This document shows, piece by piece, positions 52,548 through 61,337 of a stretch of DNA of 64,000 nt; the first letter of the stretch is position 1; the number at the start of each line of letters is the position of its first letter. Where the stretch lies: the NCBI GenBank assembly GCA_016192915.1, contig JACPTF010000007.1, positions 38,623-102,622 of the forward strand, in the 5' to 3' direction. Position numbers and translations under genes: made by a program. Source of the DNA: Candidatus Woesearchaeota archaeon (GTDB taxonomy: Archaea; Nanobdellota; Nanobdellia; Woesearchaeales; UBA10216). Under the pieces are notes generated by a model that saw only the letters and a list, made by a program, of their open reading frames with translations, searched no databases and was not told the origin of the DNA.

Positions 52548-53291
52548 CTACTTCCCAAACCTTCTGTGCCTCTGCTTGTATTCATCAATAACCTGCAAAA
52601 GGTCTTCCTTTTCGAATTCAGGCCACATTTTTTCGAGAAAAAACAGCTCTGAATATGACGACTGGTAAAGAAGGAAGCCGCTCAGCCTTTTTTCGCCGCC
52701 TGTCCTTATTATCAGGTCCGGGTCATCGGGCATGTAAAGATAGCGCTTGAATGTTTCGTCATTAATGTCTGCTGCAGAAACCTTCCCTGCCTGTGCATCA
52801 GCAACCATCCTCTTAGCCGCATCGGCTATCTCCTGCCTTCCGCCGTAAGCCATGCAGAAATTGACAATAAAGCCGCTGTTTTTTGCTGTTTTTTCCATCA
52901 GCTCGCGCATCAGCTTCCTTACGCCTTCTGGGAACATCTCAAGTCTGCCGAGGAACTTTACCCGTATGCCTAGTTTATTGCCTTTTTCCTGCAACCGCTT
53001 GTCCGTTCTGAGCTGCTCACAGGCCTCCCTGAACAGCTTCATGATGTAGCCAAATTCCTCCTTGGGCCTGTTGAAGTTCTCAACAGAAAAAGCATACAGC
53101 GTTAGCTCTTTTATTCCCAGCTCGGTGCACCAGCCCAGCAGCTTCTCTACCTTCTTCTTGCCCCACTGGTGCCCCATCCAGGGCTTCAGCATAAGCTTTT
53201 TTGCAAACCTTCTGTTGCCGTCAAGTATTATGGCAACGTGCGAAGGATTCGGGTTTGATGCATTGTTCACTAAATTACTGCCGTTCGTCAT
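52548..53291 (-). CDS. uppS: cis-prenyltransferase (undecaprenyl diphosphate synthase family)
   Basis: HVAIILDGNRRFAKK, IRTGGEKRLSGFLLYQSSYSELFF. Confidence 0.9.
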   Translation of the reverse strand: MTNGSNLVNNASNPNPSHVAIILDGNRRFAKKLMLKPWMGHQWGKKKVEKLLGWCTELGIKELTLYAFSVENFNRPKEEFGYIMKLFREACEQLRTDKRLQEKGNKLGIRVKFLGRLEMFPEGVRKLMRELMEKTAKNSGFIVNFCMAYGGRQEIADAAKRMVADAQAGKVSAADINDETFKRYLYMPDDPDLIIRTGGEKRLSGFLLYQSSYSELFFLEKMWPEFEKEDLLQVIDEYKQRHRRFGK

Positions 53292-53315
53292 TTACAGCAT
53301 GGTTTCGAAAAAGGG

Positions 53316-53323
53316 TTTATAAA
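53316..53323 (-). promoter_or_regulatory. palindromic TATA box TTTATAAA for uppS
   Basis: About 32 nt upstream of ATG 53291 on minus. Confidence 0.45.
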
Positions 53324-53382
53324 TATTTTCGTCTATAAGCAGTACAAACCTGTTCGTGTTCCGAAGATCCGCAGCAGCAAGA

Positions 53383-53390
53383 TTTAAATA
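53383..53390 (+). promoter_or_regulatory. TATA box TTTAAATA for rpe
   Basis: 30 nt upstream of ATG 53413. Confidence 0.5.
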
Positions 53391-53412
53391 ATACTGCTTG
53401 CGTGATGAAGTC

Positions 53413-54081
53413 ATGGTGAAGATTGCTCCTTCAATCCTTTCAGCGGACTTCGGCAAACTCGCTGATGAGATAAGAAAGGTTGAGAAATACGTTGACATGC
53501 TGCACATTGACGTGATGGACGGGCATTTTGTGCCAAACATAACATTCGGCCCGCCTGTTGTCAGAAGCGTGAGGGTTGTGACCAAGCTGCCATTTGACGT
53601 TCACCTGATGGTTGAGGAGCCTGACAATTTTATTGACAACTTCATTGATGCAGGCGCGAACCTGCTCACTGTTCACGTAGAAACAGCCAAACACCTTAAC
53701 AGGACTATTTCAAACATCAAGAAGAAGGGCGCAATGGCAGGCGTTGCCCTTAACCCTGCAACCTCACTGTCAGCCCTGGACCACGTGCTGGAAGACGTTG
53801 ACCTCGTTCTAATCATGACAGTAAACCCCGGCTTCGGCGGCCAGCATTTCATCAGGGGGATGCTGCCAAAAATCAGGAAACTTAAGGAAATGATAGACAA
53901 GGCAAAGCTCAACGTCGAGATAGAGGTCGACGGCGGCATAAACGGTGATACAGCGAGGCAGGCGGTTTCTGCCGGAGCTGACATACTCGTTGCGGGCTCC
54001 TACATTTACGAGAGCTCTGACTTGGTTGCAGCGATTAGCAGCCTCCGCAATCTCGGGAAAAAGGATGACAAGAAAAAGTAA
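53413..54081 (+). CDS. rpe: ribulose-phosphate 3-epimerase
   Basis: IAPSILSADF, HIDVMDGHFVPNITFG, MTVNPGFGGQ, VDGGI. Confidence 0.9.
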   Translation: MVKIAPSILSADFGKLADEIRKVEKYVDMLHIDVMDGHFVPNITFGPPVVRSVRVVTKLPFDVHLMVEEPDNFIDNFIDAGANLLTVHVETAKHLNRTISNIKKKGAMAGVALNPATSLSALDHVLEDVDLVLIMTVNPGFGGQHFIRGMLPKIRKLKEMIDKAKLNVEIEVDGGINGDTARQAVSAGADILVAGSYIYESSDLVAAISSLRNLGKKDDKKK

Positions 54082-54100
54082 TCGTATTAGTCAAATAGTG

Positions 54101-54133
54101 AAAGAGAAAAAATAAAAAAATAAAGAATAAGGA
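54101..54133 (-). terminator. T-rich tract (minus strand) after 54150..54380
   Basis: Plus strand reads aaagagaaaaaataaaaaaataaagaataagg. Confidence 0.4.
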
Positions 54134-54149
54134 AAACTTCCCTTCTTTC

Positions 54150-54380
54150 TTACCTTCCCCTTGCCATCTTTGCCCTGGAGACATCTCCCTGGCCATCTAT
54201 GAAGTACAGGTATCCCTTTTCCTTCTTGACACCAACCTTGGCAACTACTTCCTGCTTCTGTTTTCCTTTCTTCTTTCCGCCCCTGACCATCTTAGCCCTG
54301 GCGACGTTGCCCCTCTTGTCTACAAAATAAAGGTAGCCGTTCTGCTTCCTTACCCCTGCTTTTGCAACTTTCTGTGCCAT
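54150..54380 (-). CDS. small basic protein with internal duplication
   Basis: Two copies of K..GYLYF(V/I)D..G(N/D)V(A/S)RAKM.RG. Confidence 0.5.
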   Translation of the reverse strand: MAQKVAKAGVRKQNGYLYFVDKRGNVARAKMVRGGKKKGKQKQEVVAKVGVKKEKGYLYFIDGQGDVSRAKMARGR

Positions 54381-54519
54381 CCCTTACACCCCCGATTTTT
54401 TATTCAATCGTTTTTGTTTTCTTCCCGCCGCGAACTTATGCTTTTCCCGACGAGAGATTTCTATCCTACGCATACTTCTATTTAAATCTTGCTATTTCTG
54501 CGACGAGAGGGCAGGCCTT

Positions 54520-54999
54520 TCACTTCCTTGAAAAAAGCTCATCGGCAGCAGCGAGGTAGTCCTTCACCCGCTGCAGAACCCCCAGAAGGAGGAATTTCTC
54601 AATCTTATCAGCAAAAATCTCAGACATGCCAAGGAACTCTGAAATCCTGTACCTGCTCTTGATTTTTTCAACAAGCATAAGATTTCGCAGGCGCTTAATC
54701 TGGCGCCTTATGTTGGAAGGGGCAATGCCCTGCATCTCCAGCTTGTGAAGCTTCCTGTTGATTATGACCTTCTTCTCCACGTCCTCAACGCTCAGCAGCT
54801 GCCTCTTCTTCCTGCCTTTCAGCAGGACATGAAGTACATCAACGACAACGTCCCTGGAATCGCCAGGCTGAAGGACCCCCAGGCTCAGGCAAAGCCGCTT
54901 TACAAGCTCACGCTCTTTTTTAGTCTGTGGCTTTTCGTACTTCCTCAGAGTCAGCTCAAAAAGAGGAGTCTCGCTCGAAACCTTTTTTTCGGCTTTCAT
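54520..54999 (-). CDS. wHTH regulator-like protein
   Basis: Internal ATG (MKAEKKVSS...). SRDVVVDVLHVLLK...IRRQIKRLRNLMLVEK. Confidence 0.45.
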   Translation of the reverse strand: MKAEKKVSSETPLFELTLRKYEKPQTKKERELVKRLCLSLGVLQPGDSRDVVVDVLHVLLKGRKKRQLLSVEDVEKKVIINRKLHKLEMQGIAPSNIRRQIKRLRNLMLVEKIKSRYRISEFLGMSEIFADKIEKFLLLGVLQRVKDYLAAADELFSRK

Positions 55000-55189
55000 T
55001 TCCCAATCGCCCGCACACCCAACAATACTTATTAAAACTTTTAAGAAATGAGTATAAATAGTTTTCGATAGCATCAGCTCCTGCTTTATGGCGGCACAAT
55101 TCCGCAACAGGCGGAATGTGCAATCCTGCAAGGCAGGATTTGCAGAATCAGCAAATTTTTAATAAAAGCACAGCACCAGCAGCTGGAAA

Positions 55190-56155
55190 ATGGAAAAGGC
55201 AGATAAAAATAATCCTGAGAAGAATCCGGCAATAAGCGACATCAGGCTAAACGGGGGCATGACTGTTGCAGAGCTTGTCAGGCAATTCAAAAACTCAGGA
55301 TTCCAGACTCACAACATTGCAGTTGCAGCTGAAATACTGGGCTCGATGGCTAAAGAGAATGCAACAATCTTCCTCAGCTTTACCTCAAACATATCGGCTT
55401 CCGGCATCAGAGGAATAATAATCGATCTTGTCAAAAAGAAAAAAGTGCATGCGCTTGTTGTGAGCAGCGGAGCCCTGGATGAAGACATAGCGAGGGCAAA
55501 GATGCCGTACCTTCAGGGAACATTCGAGGCAGACGACTCTGAGCTGGGAAGAAAGGGCATTAACAGGATGGGAAGCATTTTTGTTCCGAATGAATGCTAT
55601 GAATACCTTGAGGAGAAGATAACACGTGTGCTGACTGAAATATATGACGGTTCAGGCAGCAAGGAATTTTCGGCGACTGAAATAGTAAGGCAGATAGGGC
55701 TGCACCTTGACACTGAAGACTCGTTTGTCTACCACGCAGCCCGGAATGGCATACCAATCTTCTGCCCTGGAATTACAGACGGGGCTGTCGGGCTCCAGCT
55801 GGCCTTCTTCCAGCAAACCCGCCCTGACTTCAAGGTTAACGAGCTGAAAAGCGCGCTTGAAGCAGTTGACTTTGCCATGACAGCAAAAGGGAAAGGAAAG
55901 GTTGGCGCCATTATCCTTGGAGGGGGAATTGCCAAGCACCATACCATCATTTCCAACATACTTGGAGGAGGCCTTGATTACGCGATTTACGTCAACAGCA
56001 GCTCACCGTACCATGGCTCGCTATCGGGGGCAACAACGAGCGAGGCGAAATCGTGGGGAAAAATCAGCGGGAATGCGATGGACGTCACAATATACGGTGA
56101 TGCATCTGTGATTTTTCCGCTGCTTATCGCATCAAACAATTGTTTTTTTGAGTAA
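55190..56155 (+). CDS. dys: deoxyhypusine synthase
   Basis: 321 aa. LSFTSN..ASG, ILGGGIAKHH, SEAKSWGKI (catalytic Lys region). Confidence 0.9.
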   Translation: MEKADKNNPEKNPAISDIRLNGGMTVAELVRQFKNSGFQTHNIAVAAEILGSMAKENATIFLSFTSNISASGIRGIIIDLVKKKKVHALVVSSGALDEDIARAKMPYLQGTFEADDSELGRKGINRMGSIFVPNECYEYLEEKITRVLTEIYDGSGSKEFSATEIVRQIGLHLDTEDSFVYHAARNGIPIFCPGITDGAVGLQLAFFQQTRPDFKVNELKSALEAVDFAMTAKGKGKVGAIILGGGIAKHHTIISNILGGGLDYAIYVNSSSPYHGSLSGATTSEAKSWGKISGNAMDVTIYGDASVIFPLLIASNNCFFE

Positions 56156-56256
56156 AAGGCTGAAAATCCAGCCAAAAATAAAAAAATCAAGTTAAAACAA
56201 AAATTTATCAAAACTTTTTGCCAAATTTTTTCCAAAAAACATAAAAAACAGTTAAG

Positions 56257-56268
56257 TTTAAATATAAG
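56257..56268 (+). promoter_or_regulatory. TATA box TTTAAATATAAG
   Basis: About 165 nt upstream of the speH-like start, which implies a long leader. Confidence 0.45.
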
Positions 56269-56423
56269 CCACTACATAAGTGGTTCACATAAAAAATTGG
56301 TGCAGATGAAATCTAGTATGAACGTAGGTAAAAATACGGATTTGTATGACAACCTCTGTATTCTGGCTCGAAAAGATAGCTTGAGCCTTAAAATGAAAAA
56401 TTATGAGGTGAGCAACTAGTAAA

Positions 56424-56858
56424 ATGTTCGGACCACACTTGACCCTTGACCTTTACGGATGCGATAAGGATAAGCTTAATGACCACGGTTATGTATACGA
56501 AATGTTAAATGAGATGCCGGAGATGCTGGGCATGCACAAGTTCTCAGCGCCGCAGCTCACAAAAATACCAGTGCAGCCAAACTCATTTGACAAGGGAGGC
56601 CTGACAGGATTCGTCATACTGGTTGAAAGCCACCTTTCCATCCACACCTTTCCGGCTGATGGCTTTGCATCCTTTGACATATTCTCGTGCAAGTACTTCA
56701 GCGAAGACAGCGCCATGAAATACCTCATGGAAAAGCTTGGCGCCGAAAAGGTTGAGGTAAACAGGCTTGAGCGCGGAAGGGAGTACGTCAAGCATTACCC
56801 GAGAAACGTGCAGAAGGCAACAGTGATTGCGGCTAAAGAACGCTCGCTTGCCCGCTGA
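56424..56858 (+). CDS. speH: pyruvoyl-dependent decarboxylase of the SpeH (AdoMetDC) family
   Basis: LDLYGCD, VLVESHLSIHTFP (self-cleavage ES site). GAGGTGA SD. Confidence 0.8.
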   Translation: MFGPHLTLDLYGCDKDKLNDHGYVYEMLNEMPEMLGMHKFSAPQLTKIPVQPNSFDKGGLTGFVILVESHLSIHTFPADGFASFDIFSCKYFSEDSAMKYLMEKLGAEKVEVNRLERGREYVKHYPRNVQKATVIAAKERSLAR

Positions 56859-56953
56859 ACTTTTTGTTTTCCGGTCTTCTCTCAGGTGCTGCGACTGGCC
56901 ACAGTGCAGGCATTCAATAAACTTTTTAATGTGGCTGGGTTCAGCTAACTCTT

Positions 56954-57844
56954 ATGGCAACCAAGAACCCGCACTTTTACCTGCCTTTCAACTTCGGGGC
57001 AATCCCGCACGAGCTTGCAGAGTATAATGTTTCCAAGGTTGCCATACTTCCTGTGCCTTATGATGCAACGACAACCTACCAGCCCGGCACAAGGAACGGC
57101 CCAAGGGCGCTCATTGAGGCAAGCCGCTGCCTGGAATTCTACGATGAGGAAACCGGAAGGAACTTCTCAGGCGTTGGGGTGTGCACCCTTGACGAAATGG
57201 AGGTGGTTGATGATGCAGGGAAGATGGTTAACAGGGTCTACGAGGCAGTAAAGGTTCTGCTTGGCGATGGCAAGAAAACAGTCGTAATCGGGGGTGAGCA
57301 CTCAATCAGCAGCGGCTCAGTGAAGGCGCACATGGAAAAATACCCCGACCTTACTGTGCTTCACGTTGATGCGCATGCAGACATGAGGGATGAGCTTGCC
57401 GAAAACAGGTTTAACCACGGCTGTGTTGCAAGGCGGATTTCAGAGATGTGCCCCCTTGTTTCAGTTGGGGTAAGAAGCATAGCCCAGGAGGAGTTTGACC
57501 ACATCACAAGCAGCAACGGCAGGATTAAGGTATTTTTCGCGAAAAACATCCACTCAGGCAGCAGCTGGATGGATGATGTTGTTAAGTCGCTTGGAAAGAA
57601 CGTTTACATCACGATTGACCTTGATGCGTTTGACACCTCAATAATGCCCTCTGTTGGAACGCCGCAGCCCGGCGGCCTTGGATGGTATCAAATGCTTGAG
57701 CTCATGAAAAAAATTGCTGCAGCAAAGAACATTGTTGGCTTTGACGTTACAGAGCTCATGCCAATTCCGGGCAACCACGCCCCTGATGTTCTTGCGGCAA
57801 AGCTCGTTTACAAGCTCATAGGCTACTTCTTCTCCAAGCAATAA
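56954..57844 (+). CDS. speB: agmatinase (arginase family)
   Basis: GGEHSIS, HVDAHADMRDE, TIDLDAFD. Confidence 0.9.
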   Translation: MATKNPHFYLPFNFGAIPHELAEYNVSKVAILPVPYDATTTYQPGTRNGPRALIEASRCLEFYDEETGRNFSGVGVCTLDEMEVVDDAGKMVNRVYEAVKVLLGDGKKTVVIGGEHSISSGSVKAHMEKYPDLTVLHVDAHADMRDELAENRFNHGCVARRISEMCPLVSVGVRSIAQEEFDHITSSNGRIKVFFAKNIHSGSSWMDDVVKSLGKNVYITIDLDAFDTSIMPSVGTPQPGGLGWYQMLELMKKIAAAKNIVGFDVTELMPIPGNHAPDVLAAKLVYKLIGYFFSKQ

Positions 57845-58746
57845 CTGGTGATGAGCTTTACAGGGTGATAGGAAAGCTTAACCCTCTTAAGGTAATCAAC
57901 GCCGAAGTCGTCCTGGGCGTTCAGAAATTCATAGCCTGGCCATAACCTTGCAAATTCCCTGAAAATGAACTGCGCAGCGCCGTTAACAGTGGGAAGGGTC
58001 TTCTCAACAATGTTGCTGCACATACCTTCGGCAAGGCGCTCGCCCAGGCTGTAGCCAACAACCTTGCCATCAACTTTAAGCACAATGCCCTTCACGCCAA
58101 GCTCCCCCGAAAACTTCAGAAGCGTTTTTGCAACCTCTGTTTCAGAATCGAGCTCATAGCGCCACGAGCCATCACCTGCCTCTGCTTTCTGCTCCTGCCA
58201 CAGCTCTGTCAGCTGCAGGCAGCCATCAGCGTGCCTGCTAAAATCAAACTCTTCAATACTGTAGCCATAATTCTTCATGAAAAAGTTAACCTTGTTGCGC
58301 TTTGAGTCGAACTCCGGGCCTTTCAGCTCAACAAGGTCCTTAGTCCTGTAAACATAATCCTGTGTCCAGTAGCTGAGCGTTGCACCAAGTGTTGTAGCGA
58401 GAGCCTCATACTCCTCTTTCATGCACTGAGGAATGTAAATGGCAGCCGGCTTTGCGCCAACGCCAGAAGCCTTATTCATGCCCTCTACAATCCTAAAGCA
58501 CTCAGCAAGTGTCTCAGCGAGCTTTGTGCCGCCAACAGGCGGGCCCCACACAACATAGCGGCCCTTGTCATAGCCAAACACGCACAAATTGCCGTTAATA
58601 ATTGCCCATGTGTGCTTCAGAGGCCCTGCCCAGATAAATCGCATTGCAAATGTAGTATCGGCAAGAGGCTCCTTCACCTGTCCAAAGAACTTCTGGAACA
58701 AATTCCTGTCGCTAAGGGATACGCCCCTCGTGTCATGTAAAGCCAT
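57823..58746 (-). CDS. DUF2156 (MprF C-terminal / LPG_synthase_C-like) protein
   Basis: FAMRFIWAG, GPEFDSKRNKVNFFMKNY, NAQDDFGVDYLKRVKLSYHPV. Confidence 0.55.
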   Translation of the reverse strand: MALHDTRGVSLSDRNLFQKFFGQVKEPLADTTFAMRFIWAGPLKHTWAIINGNLCVFGYDKGRYVVWGPPVGGTKLAETLAECFRIVEGMNKASGVGAKPAAIYIPQCMKEEYEALATTLGATLSYWTQDYVYRTKDLVELKGPEFDSKRNKVNFFMKNYGYSIEEFDFSRHADGCLQLTELWQEQKAEAGDGSWRYELDSETEVAKTLLKFSGELGVKGIVLKVDGKVVGYSLGERLAEGMCSNIVEKTLPTVNGAAQFIFREFARLWPGYEFLNAQDDFGVDYLKRVKLSYHPVKLITSYCLEKK

Positions 58747-58864
58747 TAGTATGGCAACTGCTGCCCTTGTTTATAATTTTTTTCTGCAAACGCGGCAAAA
58801 TTTGCAAAAAATTAAATATAGGGCTTGCCAAAACAGCGATTGAAGCAGGATTAATCGGAAAAAA

Positions 58865-59803
58865 ATGGAATTGATACCGGAGCCGGAGAAATCCGGCGGG
58901 GAGATAAAGAGGTGCATAAGCCAGTTTGGCTACAAGCCAGAACACAACTACACATATTTCCTTACCACTGCCGAAAGCGGCGCTAAAAACATCTTTCTCA
59001 GGTCGAGCAAGGGCTACGGAGTCCTTGCAGCTTACAAGGAAAAAGCTGCAGAAGTCACTATGATTTCAGAGGCGCTTGCGCCAAGGGACGAGCAGGCTGA
59101 AGTGCTGCATGATGCGCTTGACACGTGCTTTAGCAAGCTTAACGTCCAAAAGTTTGTCGTTGAGCAGGATGATGCGCTGCGGCAGAAAACGCTGAAAGAA
59201 TTTGCCAACAACGGATACAGGGCATTGCCGCCAAGGTACTCGCTCTACTGGCCCCTGTTTGACATGGCGAAGTGGGGCGGCAACGATATGCCTGGCGAGG
59301 ACTGGAAAAAGCTCAGAAACATCAGGAACAGGTTTTTCAATGAGCACTCTGTTGAGGTAGTTGACAGCAAGTCTGTTGATAAGGAGAAACTAAAGAAAAT
59401 TATTAATGAGTGGGTTGAGCGCAGAAAACTTATGAGCCTGGGCGCAAACAGGAAAGACTCCAACCTCGCCTACTACGAGAGATACGTCAGCATGATTGAC
59501 CTCGGCTTTGAAGGCACAAAATTTGCCAAAACTATGGTTGTTGACGGAGAGCCATGCACACTAACAGCCGGCTGGGAAATACCAAACTCGGATGGCGCCT
59601 ACTACTCTGCCATCGGCATAAGCAACTACGGCTTTGAAGGACTGAGCGAGATTGCCAATCTCGACGACCTTCACAGGCTGAAGGAGAACGGCTACAGCAC
59701 AGTTGACTTCGGCGGAAGCCCCATGCCTCTCCTCAAGTTCAAGCTCAAGTTCAGGCCCCATGCTGTTTACGTTACGCACACTTACGCGATTGTGAAGAAG
59801 TAG
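58865..59803 (+). CDS. DUF2156-like protein (divergent paralog)
   Basis: WKKLRNIRNRFFNEH, VDFGGSPMPLLKFKLKFRPH. Confidence 0.45.
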   Translation: MELIPEPEKSGGEIKRCISQFGYKPEHNYTYFLTTAESGAKNIFLRSSKGYGVLAAYKEKAAEVTMISEALAPRDEQAEVLHDALDTCFSKLNVQKFVVEQDDALRQKTLKEFANNGYRALPPRYSLYWPLFDMAKWGGNDMPGEDWKKLRNIRNRFFNEHSVEVVDSKSVDKEKLKKIINEWVERRKLMSLGANRKDSNLAYYERYVSMIDLGFEGTKFAKTMVVDGEPCTLTAGWEIPNSDGAYYSAIGISNYGFEGLSEIANLDDLHRLKENGYSTVDFGGSPMPLLKFKLKFRPHAVYVTHTYAIVKK

Positions 59804-59812
59804 ATCGAATCC

Positions 59813-60214
59813 TTAGTACGGCGCCTTTACCTTCAGGTTTTGTATCCTTGCATAATCAGAAATGTTCCTTGTACAAAGCACAGCATTTACCTGCAATGCG
59901 GTTGCGGCTATTATGGCATCTACAATCGACAAGCCATACACTCTTCTCAGCGCACCGCCTCTCCTTGCTAATTCGTTGGTTACCAATACCTTTTTGCCAA
60001 TCGATAAAAAGGCAATAGCCTTCTCCTCGTTTTCCTTGTCCTCACAAGCTTTTCCGGCTAAAATTTCGGCCTCTGTAAGTGCGGAGTAATAAAGCTTAAA
60101 CTTGTCGCTTTTCACAACGGCATCGAACCATTCTGTTGATTTTTTAAAATCTCGGAGGTTGTCAATAAACAGGTCTGTATCTATTACAATTGAGATTGGT
60201 TCCTCCTGTTTCAT
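59813..60214 (-). CDS. vapC: PIN-domain ribonuclease (VapC-like toxin)
   Basis: IVIDTDLFIDNLR... 4-nt overlap with the AbrB-type gene. Confidence 0.65.
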   Translation of the reverse strand: MKQEEPISIVIDTDLFIDNLRDFKKSTEWFDAVVKSDKFKLYYSALTEAEILAGKACEDKENEEKAIAFLSIGKKVLVTNELARRGGALRRVYGLSIVDAIIAATALQVNAVLCTRNISDYARIQNLKVKAPY

Positions 60215-60468
60215 ATGCCAAGCCTCTTCGCCCTTTTCGCATACTCGGCCCTCATTTCCCTCACGTACTTAACCGAGTCCTCAACACTTTTCCAAGTGCC
60301 GGCTGCAGCTTTAACGACGTCTTCTTCAAACTTCTTAATAACCAGCCCCTCCTCTTTTGTGCTCGCCAACAGAACATCCCCCACCTTAATGTTAAAAAGC
60401 TTTCTCGAGTCCTTCGGCAAGGTTACCTGGTAGTTCCTTGTCACCTTCATCATTCCCATACTAATCAC
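60211..60468 (-). CDS. AbrB/SpoVT-type antitoxin
   Basis: MKVTRNYQVTLPKDSRKLFNIKVGDVLL. Confidence 0.6.
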   Translation of the reverse strand: MISMGMMKVTRNYQVTLPKDSRKLFNIKVGDVLLASTKEEGLVIKKFEEDVVKAAAGTWKSVEDSVKYVREMRAEYAKRAKRLGI

Positions 60469-60739
60469 CTTCTCTTCTCATCTTAACTAAATCAACCTAG
60501 TAATATTCTGTTAGAAAGGTTAGTAAACTTATATTTAAACTTTTCTATCAAGCTCACCTTGAAAACACCAATCAGCTGCTCACAAGCCAAACCAAAAACA
60601 ATCCGCTCCCTATACCGCAACTCCTGAGGTATCTCGTAAGGCAGTGTAATCACCAATGAACTTTTTAATAATTGAGAATGGACGAAAAACTAGGGCAAAA
60701 AGTCACTTTGCGATTGTGAAGTGATAGGCTTCGAATTCT

Positions 60740-61327
60740 TCATGGCGCTTCGCGCTGCAGCCTTTTCATTAGCTTCGTTCCTTTGCGTACGATGCGCACG
60801 CTGTGCACTAGGCCATAGGCTGCTCCGATTATAAACCCGCCTGCCTGATGCAAGAGAAGCTCAACGCTCATGCCGATAACGATGGTGTAAAAAAGGGCTA
60901 ACGTCACAATCGCAGCCAGCCTGTGCTGCTCGTAGTCTCTCAGCGTCGCGACGTTATCAAGCACCTGGGCCACCCGATGGTCACGCGCTTGTGTCACGCG
61001 CCCGCCGCCTTTTACAAAATAGAAACCCCTAATGAGGACATTCGCTATTGCTTCATGCCCCACGCCTGCAGCAGCACCGATAGCAGCTCCATCCAGCGGC
61101 GACCCCAAGAAGAGCCCCGCAATTCCCCCTGCACCGCACCCAAGCATGGCCTCTGCCATGCAATCCAGCATTTGACCCTTGGCCCTGTCCTTCCCATACG
61201 ATGGCGATGCCGCAATCCTTTGCGCGTATTGCTCTGCCTGCTTTTGCAAGCGTGCAGGCAGTTGCCTGCCTTGCCCAACCTTTATCAAGGGAAGTTTGGC
61301 AATCGTAGTAAAAGAAAACATGGACAT
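60740..61327 (-). CDS. hypothetical Gly-rich membrane protein
   Basis: ATG at 61327, 10 nt after the ileS stop. GCGAGGIAGLFLGSPLDGAAIGAAAGVG. Confidence 0.4.
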   Translation of the reverse strand: MSMFSFTTIAKLPLIKVGQGRQLPARLQKQAEQYAQRIAASPSYGKDRAKGQMLDCMAEAMLGCGAGGIAGLFLGSPLDGAAIGAAAGVGHEAIANVLIRGFYFVKGGGRVTQARDHRVAQVLDNVATLRDYEQHRLAAIVTLALFYTIVIGMSVELLLHQAGGFIIGAAYGLVHSVRIVRKGTKLMKRLQREAP

Positions 61328-61337
61328 TTTGCTCTCA

